A stretch of DNA of 64,000 bases, from the NCBI GenBank assembly GCA_030167865.1, contig JALAGF010003843.1, forward strand, positions 1 through 64,000, written 5' to 3'. Under the pieces are notes generated by a model. It saw only the letters and a program-made list of their open reading frames with translations. It was not told the origin of the DNA and made no database searches. Made by a program: the position numbers and the translations under genes. Of this stretch, positions 12,801-23,236 are shown piece after piece (the first letter of the stretch is position 1; each line of letters begins with the position of its first letter). This stretch comes from Craspedostauros australis (taxonomy: Eukaryota).

Positions 12801-15800
12801 CGCCGCTTGCTGCTGAGATCGACGCTCTTTCTTTGGAGTTTCCACACCGGCTGCATCGTTCTGCATTTCGAGCTTCAAGGATACTCCTGTCAGCAAGTCT
12901 CGAGATGCGAGTCTCAACCGGGCCACCTGCTCTGGTTCCAACAAGAACAAGGGATCCTTGGTTTTCTTTTTGCTTCCACTGCCGATGAGATTGGCACTCG
13001 AACCGCCGTAGGCACCACTAGCGAGCTTCTTCTTCGCGTCGCGCTTGGCGATCGACAGGCGTGCGTGTGCTCGGATCATGTTCTTGTCGTCCAGATCCAT
13101 CTGGTCGAGCACCTCCCGTTGCAACGGATGCAGGAGATGAGTCGCGAATGTCCTGTCGGACGACGGGAGCTGGAACACCACTGGCTTCTCCTCGCTGGGT
13201 CCAGCATGGACGGTGGCACCGACTGCCACGGCGGCTTGGACAGTGCTGTCCCAAACAGGGTACTCGCCCCTTCTCTTCCTCCGCATTGTGTGTTCCTTCA
13301 GGGCGCCCTTGTACGGGACTATTTGCTTCGAGTCGTAGTAGAACTTGATACAGTCCCTCGTGCTCTTGTTGCGAAGGAAGGTGGCGATCTTGCGAAAGTC
13401 CTTGGGGAACTGGAGAAAACGATCCAGGAAGATGCATTTCTCCATGTCGGTCCAGACGTTTTCATTCATCAGCCGCCTCTCTTCCTCCAGGGGATCCAGA
13501 ATTCGCTGCGATGTGAACATGTTGACGAAGCGTGGGCTCTGCCTGGATTCCAACGGTCCGATCTGCCGTGGAATCTTCGATCCTCCTTGCTTGATCCTCT
13601 TCTCCATAGCCTCCTTCGCCGCGATCTCAGCAATGATTTGCTCCTGCTCGTACTCTGTCCGAACCTCGTTGCCACGGCGGGCTCTTCGATACGGGTTGTT
13701 TGACGATCTGGAGGACAGGGCCGATGCCGATGATACACCTGGCGTCGACGCGGCCGCTGACGATGGCGATATTCCAGCATCAGAAATCGAACGCCGTCGC
13801 TCCGGCGTGGACCGCGAACTGCCTTCAAAGATGGATGTCCGCCCGGCCTTGGCAACCGCGGTGGTCCGTTTTCGTTTCTTCGCCAGCTTGCTCTGCTGGT
13901 TGTTGTGCAACCTCCGGCGGACTTCGTACTCCACAGCCAACTCTCTCCAGCGATCCGTCTGACGGCGCTTATCCGCCCTCACGTGCTCCATCACACTGGG
14001 TCCGATATGAGCAAAGATTTGTTCGTTTCGTTCGAAGTAGGGGCTTTCGTTTGGCTCGTGGAACACCGCAGTGGCAAGGCCAGTCACGTTGTTGACAAGC
14101 TGGCACCACTCTTCTGGCGTCATGCCGTACTTGGGGTCCGGCACGTCATCTTGCCCAGCAGCAGCATCTGTTGAAGCGTCGGTGGACGTATCGGTAGAAG
14201 TATCCAGAGGTGTAGACGGAGGTGTGACTGTGGATGCATGCATGACAGGGCTGTTCACATCATCCACCTCTTCTGATCCCAAGCTCAAAGCCAAGCGATG
14301 AGCTTCGGCAGCCTTACGCTTGTTCTCAGCAATGATCCTCGTAACCACATCCTCCACCGGAGGGACAGTAAACACCACCTTCTCATTCGGAGGGGGTCTT
14401 TCAGATAGCTCCACCTCTTTCACGGCCGTATCGCACTCCTGCTGGGCCTCAGCAACGTTCGTGCCGCACGTGATGACGCTGGCTGACGTCTTTTCTACCT
14501 GCCGCGAGGCTTTGCTGATGTCCTTCTCGACGATATCCGATAACTTGGTCAGCTCGGCGTCCAAAACAGACTGAAGCTGCCCGACGAGGTCTTGCTTGGA
14601 GTGGATGTCAGCCGATGGTGCCTGGGCGCCTTCGTTGCGGCCGCTGATCGTCTTCGAGTCGCTTTCCGCTCCCGTGTTTGCGACCGCAACAGATTTGGCC
14701 ATCCGGTCCGCGGCATCATGACTTGTCTCGAGTGTTGCCTCTGGCTTGGTCTTCACTTCCAGGCTTGCATCTGCAACCATGCCGGCATTTGGCAGCGTAT
14801 CCATGTCGGTATCAACATCCATAGCAGTGCTGTCCGGAACCTCGCCTTCATCTGACTTCTCGGAATCATCCCCCCTGACAGTCTTTTTCTCCGTCTTCGC
14901 GTTGGGATCCTTCGTAGCCGTCAAGATGGGCTCCGTAGCCGTCGCTGCGGTACCAACGCGGAAAACGAACGGGATGGCCACTCGAAACTGGTCGTTGCTC
15001 GCGCAGTCCTGCCAAACCTTGGCGCTCTCGGCTTCGAATGCTTGTTGCTCCTTCTGCAACATCTCCTCGAGCAAGCGATCTCGTTCGATGGCTGCCTGTT
15101 CCTCCATGTCCTTGTCTTCGGCTTTTCGTGAATTTAACTTCTCAACCTTTGCATCTTCCAACCGCTTCGCCTCCTCGATTTTCGCTCGTTCCTCACGTTC
15201 GATGGTTTCCTCGAGGTCCGATTCCATCGTGGTCGTCTTGCTTCCCAACTCTTTGGCTGCCTTCTCGGCTTGGGCCATGGCATTCATGATTTGCTTTTTC
15301 GATGGAAGTTGCGTGGCGTCTGACACCCCGGGCTCTTCATTCGCATCGTCTGGCTTCGCCGCATCATCGTTGGTGCCGTCGTTGGATTCCTTCGCAACGT
15401 CTTTGGTCTTGTCATCGTCTTGGGGAGCATCGCTGGACTTCGATGATGCCTCCGGTTTGGTTTGCTCGTCGGGTTGCGCAGTGGGCGTTGTTTCTTGCGT
15501 CGCTGCTTTCTTCGAAATATCTGCCGTGTCATTTGAAGCATTGGCACTTCGCTGCGTTTTGTCATCGTCATCGTCATCGTCTTTCATTTGACACACGTCA
15601 TCAAGGGTCTGCAACCGTGTGATCGCCCCTTTGACTCGGCCTCTGCCATCCTTCGCGAGGGACGATACAAGGAGCGGCGGTGGTTTGCTGTCGACCGCCT
15701 GCGTTGCAGCGCTCTTTTTGGATTGGGCAGGTGTGTTCATCGAAGATGATGACGCGCTGGGTGTGGCAATCGGCGTTGCAATCGTCGACGGCCGACTGCC

Positions 15801-18326
15801 ACTGCGATTGTTGGCAGTCGCCGCATCCGCTGGCTTGTCATTCGCGGCTGTCCATCGTTTCTCGAAGGTTTGTCGTCCAGGCGCGGCACCAGACGACGGG
15901 GTGTTGTTGGGGGTCGCTTTTGATGATGATGGCACACGCGGTATGCTGCTTGGTGGCGGTGCGTTGGGTCCCAGGGCGAAGCTGGATCTCGGAGTCTTCG
16001 GACTCGTGGCTTGGAATGGGCGAGGATTGGGACCCGTGCGCGTGGAGAAGCTGGTGGAACGCATCAATGAAGAGACTGGCTTGCGCGGGATGTGAGGTGG
16101 TGTCTCCTGGGAACCCGAAGGACGCTTGGGAGCCATAGTCTTGCCGGATTGCGACTGCCGGAAGGTCCCGGACGATGCTCTGGCATGCGACGGCGGCTCT
16201 ACCTCGTGCGTGCTGCTCGCATGGTGCTTGCTGCTGCTGGAGAAATCAGGACGCGGAGGTGCATCGGTCCTGCTGTTCTGCGAATCCCGCCGAAATGCAC
16301 CACCAGCCTCGTAGCTGCCTTGATTTTGTCTGTGCTGGCTTTGCATCTGCTGCTTCGGCACGAACGTGAGCTGCGAGCGTCTTCTTGGATCTGTGGGTCG
16401 GGCTGATCCCGAAGCAGGTTGTGACGGTGGCGCAGCGTTGGCTGGTTGACTGCCGCTGGCTGCGTTGTTGGGCTTTGGACCGGCGTCGCGATGATCGCTC
16501 GCAGCTGGCGCCGCGGACGACGATGTCGGCGCCGCTGGTGGTGGCTGATTGTGATGTGAGTAGCTATTCTGCCGGCGCAAAGGCGGCCGCCGATCGTTGG
16601 GGATGAAACCCGGACCACCTTCCCTGTTTGAGAAACCGCCCTGTCCCGATCTGCCATACGACGACGACGATGGCGCAGCCGGTCCTCTTCCCGAGGAGGC
16701 GTCGCGATCGAAGGGTGACGGTCCACCGCGCAGATGTCCGACGGCAGTCTTGTTGGATTGCGGCGAATGCGTGCGCGGTCCGGAGAAGGGACCATCGACG
16801 GGTCGATCTCTGTGATAGCCCATGTTGTCCGTCTTGAATGACGATCGCGGAGGATAGTGGGGTCCTTCGCGTTCCCAGATATGCTCGCGCGAGTGCTCAC
16901 GACGGAACGGACCTTTCGAGTCTCTTCGCGGCGCGGCGGGATTGGAGGCGTTGAAGGGCGGGCCGTCGCTGGGACCTTTCTTGGGGCCCGACGGTGCTGC
17001 GGCTTGGAATCGTCGTTCGTGGTCTCTGTCACGTGGACCGTGATGTCCCGCGTCGTTGGCTGCGTGCTGGTTGCCACCACCATCATGCTGCTTGTGGCTG
17101 TGATGCTGGCGCTGTTGCAGATGCGAGGGTGGTGGAGGAGGCGGCGCAGGCTTCGCGGAAGTGCCCGTTGGTGGACCTCTGGTGTCGTTCGCTGCCGCCT
17201 TGCCACCGACTCTGGCGTTGCCACGCGCCTGTGTGGTGGATGCCGGTGCGGCATCTTTGGATCCAATCGTGGCGGAAGAGGCGGACGACGAAGACGGCGG
17301 CTGGTGCGGTGGTGGGGGCGGAGGCGGCATTCTGGGTGGGCCATTGCCACCGCTCGAGTTGCTGGCGCTGCCTCCGCCCATGTTGCCTCCTCCTCCTCGT
17401 CCCGCTGTCCCTCCTCCGCCTCTGCCGCCGAATGGTGCTCCCCTACCTTGCGGACCCCCGCGACCGCCAAAGCCGTCGGAGGTCTCCCTCCGATTTTGAC
17501 CGTAGTGGTTGCCCTGCTGGTGGCGCAGGTTCGGAGTGAAACCACCTCTGGGACCATTCATGCCTCTGCCGGGACCACCGCCGGCGCCTCGGCCACCCAC
17601 CATGTCCCTGAGATTCCCCCTGCCTCTGCCCCGCCCTCCCACCCCGACCGGACCCGACGGCCCCCCGCGGTGATGATGATGCGGCGGCGGAGGTGGATGC
17701 GGCATGTTCATGGCATCGACCAGGTTGCCCCTCCTGTGATCGCGGAAGTGATGATCGCGGTCTCGATCCCTGTCGCGATCGCGCGGTGGCCCTTGGTTGG
17801 GATGCGGGTGCGGATGATGGCGCGGCCCTGGACCTCCGGGAGGCGGCGGACCGTTGGGTGGCGGAGGCCCGAACTTGTGGCCGCCCTTCTGCATGTGATG
17901 CGGATGCGGCTTGTTGAAGTGCGAGGACGGAGCGGCCGTGAAGCGGGAGCCCAGATCCTTGGGCGGGAACTGCGGCGGCATGGGACCGCGTCCGGGTCCT
18001 GGCTTGGGTCCGGTGCCACCTCCGCCTGGTCCGCTGTTGCCGCTCCCAATGCCGTTGCCGCCGCCGCCGCCCGCGTGGCCCATGGGTCCCGACGGACCGC
18101 CGCCGCTCCCTCCACGAAAGGGCGGCGCGGACGATGGGGGATGCGGTCGCTGATGCGGGTGTCCGTGGGCAAGCGGATGTGAATGCGGATGTGCGTGCGG
18201 GTGGCCGAACGCAGGCTTGTGCGGAGAGATGATCTCCCCCTCCTCATCGGACATCTCCCCATCCTCGCTGCGCGCCGTTTGGCCGCCTTCCTTGCTGGTG
18301 ATGCCTGGATCTCGCCTTTGCGACAT
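9867..18326 (-). CDS. NCoR/SMRT/Snt1-like nuclear corepressor with two SANT/Myb domains (~2800 aa, apparently intronless)
   Basis: SANT1 WTDMEKCIFLDRFLQFPKDFRKIATFLRNKSTRDCIKFYYDSK (~13455-13325) matches the NCoR-type first SANT. SANT2 is WTPAEKKKFVEAMETHGRNWEMLSAAVGTKSMSQIKNYYYDYKK (~12062-11932). N-terminus is RGG/Pro-rich and C-terminus is polyQ/H. First in-frame ATG is at 18326; the track start at 18419 is a GTG. Confidence 0.88.
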   Translation of the reverse strand: MSQRRDPGITSKEGGQTARSEDGEMSDEEGEIISPHKPAFGHPHAHPHSHPLAHGHPHQRPHPPSSAPPFRGGSGGGPSGPMGHAGGGGGNGIGSGNSGPGGGGTGPKPGPGRGPMPPQFPPKDLGSRFTAAPSSHFNKPHPHHMQKGGHKFGPPPPNGPPPPGGPGPRHHPHPHPNQGPPRDRDRDRDRDHHFRDHRRGNLVDAMNMPHPPPPPHHHHRGGPSGPVGVGGRGRGRGNLRDMVGGRGAGGGPGRGMNGPRGGFTPNLRHQQGNHYGQNRRETSDGFGGRGGPQGRGAPFGGRGGGGTAGRGGGGNMGGGSASNSSGGNGPPRMPPPPPPPHQPPSSSSASSATIGSKDAAPASTTQARGNARVGGKAAANDTRGPPTGTSAKPAPPPPPPSHLQQRQHHSHKQHDGGGNQHAANDAGHHGPRDRDHERRFQAAAPSGPKKGPSDGPPFNASNPAAPRRDSKGPFRREHSREHIWEREGPHYPPRSSFKTDNMGYHRDRPVDGPFSGPRTHSPQSNKTAVGHLRGGPSPFDRDASSGRGPAAPSSSSYGRSGQGGFSNREGGPGFIPNDRRPPLRRQNSYSHHNQPPPAAPTSSSAAPAASDHRDAGPKPNNAASGSQPANAAPPSQPASGSARPTDPRRRSQLTFVPKQQMQSQHRQNQGSYEAGGAFRRDSQNSRTDAPPRPDFSSSSKHHASSTHEVEPPSHARASSGTFRQSQSGKTMAPKRPSGSQETPPHIPRKPVSSLMRSTSFSTRTGPNPRPFQATSPKTPRSSFALGPNAPPPSSIPRVPSSSKATPNNTPSSGAAPGRQTFEKRWTAANDKPADAATANNRSGSRPSTIATPIATPSASSSSMNTPAQSKKSAATQAVDSKPPPLLVSSLAKDGRGRVKGAITRLQTLDDVCQMKDDDDDDDKTQRSANASNDTADISKKAATQETTPTAQPDEQTKPEASSKSSDAPQDDDKTKDVAKESNDGTNDDAAKPDDANEEPGVSDATQLPSKKQIMNAMAQAEKAAKELGSKTTTMESDLEETIEREERAKIEEAKRLEDAKVEKLNSRKAEDKDMEEQAAIERDRLLEEMLQKEQQAFEAESAKVWQDCASNDQFRVAIPFVFRVGTAATATEPILTATKDPNAKTEKKTVRGDDSEKSDEGEVPDSTAMDVDTDMDTLPNAGMVADASLEVKTKPEATLETSHDAADRMAKSVAVANTGAESDSKTISGRNEGAQAPSADIHSKQDLVGQLQSVLDAELTKLSDIVEKDISKASRQVEKTSASVITCGTNVAEAQQECDTAVKEVELSERPPPNEKVVFTVPPVEDVVTRIIAENKRKAAEAHRLALSLGSEEVDDVNSPVMHASTVTPPSTPLDTSTDTSTDASTDAAAGQDDVPDPKYGMTPEEWCQLVNNVTGLATAVFHEPNESPYFERNEQIFAHIGPSVMEHVRADKRRQTDRWRELAVEYEVRRRLHNNQQSKLAKKRKRTTAVAKAGRTSIFEGSSRSTPERRRSISDAGISPSSAAASTPGVSSASALSSRSSNNPYRRARRGNEVRTEYEQEQIIAEIAAKEAMEKRIKQGGSKIPRQIGPLESRQSPRFVNMFTSQRILDPLEEERRLMNENVWTDMEKCIFLDRFLQFPKDFRKIATFLRNKSTRDCIKFYYDSKQIVPYKGALKEHTMRRKRRGEYPVWDSTVQAAVAVGATVHAGPSEEKPVVFQLPSSDRTFATHLLHPLQREVLDQMDLDDKNMIRAHARLSIAKRDAKKKLASGAYGGSSANLIGSGSKKKTKDPLFLLEPEQVARLRLASRDLLTGVSLKLEMQNDAAGVETPKKERRSQQQAAKLAAKQTAKQVASADGKRSDVARRSKPLKSRESENEKVKTKMKNRDKDSRKESIKRKREQQLQSQQQQQQQQQQQHGEQKRKLQQQKQSQQQQGEQKRKLQQQKQSQQKSSQQKQSQQKQSQLMQKQTQLKSSQQKSSQQKSSQQKQSQQKQPLSKLSQQKQPQQKQPQQKQPSSKQSQQKQAQQKQLQQKQLQQKRKEESKASKAPSKALQQPPPVKQAQREKENPPLQLSEPGTPTSSRKAPQKWTPAEKKKFVEAMETHGRNWEMLSAAVGTKSMSQIKNYYYDYKKQVTRSPKPLTKSGVSTANEDTVLGTEPSSSSAVANALVGAGGEAQKGLSGATMGKKRKAGPGARTGSDTVSAGDAAEMALAGLSSLASVAKPGKKASADIVTGTGDDRPKKRKKRKSLQLSKAEGAKAGQPLRTTNESKNVIETPQQLTPAQTHAPAQAHVQADDPMPARAESAVPNPESQPSIADLLRAKQMSAGMDTNANEQELIERLLRQQQQQQAHGAEDSRQPHIGQQQPMDQQSNFQSTLQNLLNTHHQQQQHQGRSQPQHHHQQQQQQQRATHQQISQHAIHQAQLHQQRQQQEQAQAQAQQQQQQQQQQQQQQQQQQTQPHTQAQQQTSAQQQQSSQQQQQQQQQQQQQQSQPSQQQQPPSQSQQTAQQQQPQQQHQGGGVLEDEARRLFHHHTHSHHQQVLSNLLPSLYTQNAMQQQHRHHTHHQQHPSALSHFHQLQHSTDDVSSLQALLQLRQQQQHHQHHQQHHHQQQQQQHHHHQQQQQQANQLRSLLMSGGLGNGAAGSILGGANGIEHPVADAATESLAASLNNRNMMGLGGAGAMAPGAGGLGSALGFGGHAHPGSAPGAGLGQNPGIAQGGLASMLPPGLGLEVLSNRSRDPAYSAAMSDILGVLARQGILNNNAVAVAAAAAGVGAAAGHAGHEGHGDAQAPPSGHPQQHHHHHQQQQQQPPPPPPPQS
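12217..12573 (-). repeat. Coding 15-nt tandem repeat encoding K-(Q/S)-(S/P/L)-Q-Q pentapeptides
   Basis: KQSQQ/KSSQQ/KQPQQ/KQLQQ repeated about 18 times, plus a duplicated GEQKRKLQQQKQSQQ, between the two SANT domains. Confidence 0.9.
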
Positions 18327-19459
18327 GCTTTCGGTTATTCGCTGATTGCCGTCAGAGGGCGTGGCTCTGTGCTCTGCGATCTGCTCTGTCCAGAGTTGTG
18401 TCTGTCTCAGTGCTCGCACGAGTTACGAGTTACGAGTTACGAACTATGCGTGGTATAGCGCTGCTCGTGGTCTCCAAAGAGCGGCGGGTTTGACTGCGTT
18501 GGCCGTTCGTCTTGCTCCTGGGACGCTGATGCAAACTGGAGGATGGAACAGCACTCTGCCATACGCGTGTTTCCACGACAATCAACACGACTGCTGTGCC
18601 GTTCCAGAATCTTGGCGCGCGGTATTGCCGTTCGCTCTCTGTGGCCGCGCCATTGTCGGTTGCTTCTTTTGCCTGTTTCTGTTGTTGGTGTTGGTGATCG
18701 TGGTTGCGTTGTGGGTGGAATGGGCTTCACTTGTGTTTGATGTACTTGCATAGCTCCAATACATCAACTCAATCTTGGGAACGCATCGAGTCACGATTCT
18801 TGCATCTTATTCGTGTGATTCGATGATGTGCATCGCCCAACTTCCCCATTTCGGCGAAAGCGATGCTTCATCTAGAAGCATATTAACGACATTATAACGT
18901 ACATGTGCAATTTCAATCAATTGTATTGATACTTGGATACAATTATCAAATAGGCATCGCCAACACGTCGCGCACCAAGGTCACATTTTTTGCCTTTTTG
19001 GGGTGCGGCGTTGCGTTGCGTTGTTGTACGCCAAAGCACCCCGATTGTTCCAGCACAAACAACAACAATAGCAACAACAGTAACAACAGCAGGAGGAAGT
19101 GCGCCCAACACTCTGGCGACATTAACAATACCAACAAGGGGATCCATCATTATTGGTGCACCATCACCATCGCTGTCGCCATCGGCATCGAAACCACAAG
19201 AGAGGACTGCGAGAACCACCACCAACTCCTCGTCACACCATTCATTCATTCATTCATCGGACCATCCACCGCTCCAAGTCGAACGCCATTGCCGGAACCG
19301 GCACCTCGGGTCATACTCGACAACACCCCGTGTGCGTGCCACTGTTTGATGCAAGGCTCTTGGTGATTGGAGCACACAACAGCCGCCTGCGATCGAGAGA
19401 GAGAGAGAGTCTTGCGAAAAGGCCAGCGTCGCAGCAGTTCCACGTCCGCACGATCGACC

Positions 19460-22400
19460 ATGGTGAATCTGGTCGTGAGGAAACGCAACGCCGTCGGTGC
19501 CTCGTCGCCTCAGTACGTGTCGGCGCACGTGTCGACGTCTCCTGCCACCAAGACGCGCAACTACAACTTCCCGCACAGGAACGCTCGCAAGGAGAACCAT
19601 GAGGACGTCGCTGCAAACACGCCACCGCGGAAGGCAACGCCAACGCAGTACAGATCGCCCTCGCCGTCCTTCTACCGGGGCCATCAGCTGACGGTCAACA
19701 CGTCGCCCCTCAACAAGAACCGAGCAACACCCCCCAACGCGGGGAATGCCACGGCCACGACCACCAACACGAGCACACCGCAATCGTTCGCGACGTCCTC
19801 GTTTCGCAACTCTCCCTCGACGTACCAGAAGTACCGCATGCAACAGGAACAGCAGCAGCAGCAACAGCAACAACTGGCGCAATTGGATGAGCCCAATTCT
19901 GGCAGCGACGCAGTGACGAAGAAGTTCGGAACCGCCAACCACACCGGCGATTATGGCAACCTCCGCAACCACCACCAGCATGGCGTCTCCGCATACGGCA
20001 GCATGCCGACGCGCGTTTATGACCGCACGCTGCAGCAACGAAGACAGGCGCGATACGCCTTGAACCAGCAATCGCGATTGCATCATCAATCTCAAACGCA
20101 GCAGCACAGCAAGACCGGTTTCGCCAGCTTGCCGCGTCATGTCCCGTCGCCAATTCGGGTATCCGAAGACGCGCGACCTGTCTCACCTCTCACACAGACC
20201 GAGTCGATGTTTGGTGGCGTTGCCAACTCGAGACACGCGTCCCACCGTTATTCCAGCGGTTATCCCAACATGAAGGATCATCACGAAACGCCCACGACCA
20301 AATTCGGGACAAGCAATGATGCCGACATTCACAACATGGACGGCCGCATCCCCAGTCACAATCGCACCAATAACAACAACGCCGACGACGTTGACAACGT
20401 TGACAACATTCACAACGATGTGATACACCAGGAACAGTTGGGACAGAACCATCAGCTCGATCACCGCCAGGACTACGACGCGACGCTGCAACAAACGCAA
20501 ACGCACAGAAAGCCACCACCACCAGAGACATCCGCCGTGGAAGATTCGGCAGCCTACCCCAGTCCGGCAATCGCGACGGGCGCACGTGACTTTCCCATCA
20601 TGGTGGGTTCTGCCGGTGATGCACCGCAGATACGCAACGAACGTGTTGCGCAGCAGCAGCAGCATGTCTACGGTGATCCTGATGGACGCCATTACGAGCG
20701 GGATGCCCGTGATCCTGCGTCATACACCAACAAACAGGTTGGAGCCGATGCCATCACGAGGGAAGTGGATGGCGATCACACTGGTCGTCAGCCAGCTTCC
20801 ATCGGAGATGCTCAGGTTCATGGACATGATGCCAGCAAGCGCGAGATCGGCAACGCTATAAATGACAAACGATACGAATCGCCGCAGCCGCGAGCACAGA
20901 TGCAAGCACCAGCGCAAGTACCAGCGGATACATTCGGAAAGAGGGAGAGCAAAGATGAGAGCGAGGAGCGATTCGGTCTTTCTAGCGGCGATACGTTGCG
21001 TCACATGGTGGTCGAAACGAAGAGGCCGGGCATCACCACTCCACCGGCCAACAAGGATCTTCTCTGCGATTATGACAACAACGTAACGTACCTCTACGAG
21101 CTGCTGGAAGCCTCGCAGTGGAACGAGGCCCGCGAACGATGCCGATCGCATCCCGTCGAAGCTCGAACGTGGATCGTCCGCAATGACAGGGTCACGAAAG
21201 CCGTGCGATGGAAGATCCTGCCGTTGCATGCCGCCGTCATCTTCCAGGCTCCCGTGTCCGTCGTCGCCTCCCTGCTCGAGGTCTTTTCGGATGGCGCCAG
21301 CCTGCCGGATGACCAGGGTATGCTGCCGTTGCATCTTGCCTTTCGACATTGTCGCAGCACGCATGCCTCCGCGTCATCTGCGAATGCCGTCGTCGTGGTG
21401 GGCGGGCCGACGTCGCTGTCGCAGCAGGAAGGATCGGCGTCGTCGATGGCCGTGCCCACATCGTCGTCGCTGATTGAGGTGCTGTTGCAGCAGTACCCGC
21501 TGGGTGTCACGATCCGCGATTCCAGGAACCGTCTGCCCGTGGAGCATGGAAAAGATGCGACATCGCTGTTCTCCATCAAGGTCATGCAGCTGTATACACA
21601 GGCGATCATGACGCATCATCGACAGCAGCAACAGCAGCAGCCACCGGAAGACACCACCAAGCATGCGGCGGCCGTCGATGCGGAAGGGTTGCATCACAAG
21701 CACCAGCAGAAGGTTCGAGAACTGGAGGATCAGGTCAAGTTCCACAAGGAACGTGCCAAGACGCAGATGCGCAAATACGAGGACGACTTGAAACGACAGA
21801 AGAAGCTGCATGCCACGGAGGTCCAATCGCTGCAGCTGAAGCACAAGACGATCCTGTGCGAGAAGGAGGATCACCACGAACAGCAGCTGTCCTCCTTGCG
21901 CGGCCAGAATGACAACACCATCGAAGATCTGCAGCAGTCGTGGCAGCAACGGCTCGATCGGTCCAGCGCATCGGCGCAGCAGGAGATTGCGGAGCTGCGG
22001 GATTTGCTGACCGCGCAGCAGCAGTCGTCCGAAGACCGGTACGTCGACATGGAGAACAAGCATCGTCAGTGCCTCGATGATTTGGAACGCTCGGCGCTGC
22101 GGCGCGATGAGATCGAAGAAGCCCTGAAACGCAGCGACAGCAAGCAGCAGGCCACGCAGGAAGGCTTGCGGCAGATGCTGCAGCAGCACAAGGAGCTGCA
22201 TGACTTTTGTTTGCAGCAGCAGGAGCAGCTCGATGGTGCGCGCGCCATTCGAGAGCAGCTTTTGGGGACGTTGCTGAAACGGGAACAGCAGGGTCCCGAG
22301 CAGGAGTCGGGGCATCGCATACTGGCCACGTCCAATGGAATGCAAGAACGTCTCAAGGCGCTGGTCGTGCAGCTCGGTGACAACGATCACGACGTCGGTG

Positions 22401-22909
22401 TCGGTGTCGTCGATGTCGCCAATTCCAACAACGTCGTCGATGGCGTCACGTATGCCAACTCCTCCTCGATGGCCGTCAATGCTAGCAGCAACAACAACAA
22501 TAACACTATTGCCGACGACGACCAGAAGAACAAGGCAGTTGTCATGACGAGCAGCAACGACGAAACCACGGATCGCATCGCGGCATTGAAGCTTGGCATC
22601 TCGGGCAGCACGGCGCTTGCAAACGCAGATGAGTACAGACACGATGCTGGCTACGCTAACAACAATCGTCATCGTCGTGATCATCACCGCAATCATCGAC
22701 ATGATGCGGATGACAACAATAACAACAATCAATCCGCCATCATCAACAAGGATGGCGCGATTGCAAATGGTGGTGGGAGTGGAACTCCTGCTGCGAAGCA
22801 CATTGCTACGGATGATCGTGATGCTAACGTTGGAGAGAGCAACGCTGGGGCTGTTGATACTCCACACGATGACGACATCAGTGAAATAACCGATAACTCC
22901 AATTTCTAA
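19460..22909 (+). CDS. Ankyrin-like repeat and coiled-coil protein
   Basis: Ankyrin-like motifs LPLHAAVIFQAP, DDQGMLPLHLAF and RDSRNRLPVEH (~21070-21560), followed by a long Q/E/K heptad region (~21690-22380). First ATG is at 19460; the track start is a TTG. Confidence 0.8.
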   Translation: MVNLVVRKRNAVGASSPQYVSAHVSTSPATKTRNYNFPHRNARKENHEDVAANTPPRKATPTQYRSPSPSFYRGHQLTVNTSPLNKNRATPPNAGNATATTTNTSTPQSFATSSFRNSPSTYQKYRMQQEQQQQQQQQLAQLDEPNSGSDAVTKKFGTANHTGDYGNLRNHHQHGVSAYGSMPTRVYDRTLQQRRQARYALNQQSRLHHQSQTQQHSKTGFASLPRHVPSPIRVSEDARPVSPLTQTESMFGGVANSRHASHRYSSGYPNMKDHHETPTTKFGTSNDADIHNMDGRIPSHNRTNNNNADDVDNVDNIHNDVIHQEQLGQNHQLDHRQDYDATLQQTQTHRKPPPPETSAVEDSAAYPSPAIATGARDFPIMVGSAGDAPQIRNERVAQQQQHVYGDPDGRHYERDARDPASYTNKQVGADAITREVDGDHTGRQPASIGDAQVHGHDASKREIGNAINDKRYESPQPRAQMQAPAQVPADTFGKRESKDESEERFGLSSGDTLRHMVVETKRPGITTPPANKDLLCDYDNNVTYLYELLEASQWNEARERCRSHPVEARTWIVRNDRVTKAVRWKILPLHAAVIFQAPVSVVASLLEVFSDGASLPDDQGMLPLHLAFRHCRSTHASASSANAVVVVGGPTSLSQQEGSASSMAVPTSSSLIEVLLQQYPLGVTIRDSRNRLPVEHGKDATSLFSIKVMQLYTQAIMTHHRQQQQQQPPEDTTKHAAAVDAEGLHHKHQQKVRELEDQVKFHKERAKTQMRKYEDDLKRQKKLHATEVQSLQLKHKTILCEKEDHHEQQLSSLRGQNDNTIEDLQQSWQQRLDRSSASAQQEIAELRDLLTAQQQSSEDRYVDMENKHRQCLDDLERSALRRDEIEEALKRSDSKQQATQEGLRQMLQQHKELHDFCLQQQEQLDGARAIREQLLGTLLKREQQGPEQESGHRILATSNGMQERLKALVVQLGDNDHDVGVGVVDVANSNNVVDGVTYANSSSMAVNASSNNNNNTIADDDQKNKAVVMTSSNDETTDRIAALKLGISGSTALANADEYRHDAGYANNNRHRRDHHRNHRHDADDNNNNNQSAIINKDGAIANGGGSGTPAAKHIATDDRDANVGESNAGAVDTPHDDDISEITDNSNF

Positions 22910-23236
22910 ATGAGGATTGAGGACAACAGATTCTTGGAGAAGAAATTCCTTCAGATAGATTGATGCGTAAACTTGGAGTTTGTGTGGTATCGTATCCATC
23001 ATTGTGTAAAGGCTGCCTTGCACATAGTGGACACGGCTTCGTCGCGTAATGTTAGCTTTGACGACTCATAATACAAATGCTTTAGCGACAGAATGGAGAA
23101 CAGTCCTCCTCTCTTTGTCTCTCGGGCAGAGATTATTGCATGGAGTCATCAACGATCCGTCCTCCACTCTGCTCTGCTCTACCTCGAGCCCACTCAGTTC
23201 ATTTCAATTCAATCGGAGTAATTTCAATTCTCCACT

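Noticed and set aside
9873-18458. Many long plus-strand ORFs, including Cys-rich CFCCD repeats resembling metallothionein
   Set aside because: Antisense shadows of the GC-rich, polyQ-coding SANT gene; CAG/CAA repeats read as Cys/Leu/Ala on the other strand.
21374-23023. 549-aa minus-strand ORF and similar antisense ORFs over the GPCRs, PLAC8 and metacaspase
   Set aside because: They fully overlap confident genes, lack recognisable motifs and are expected from biased codon usage.
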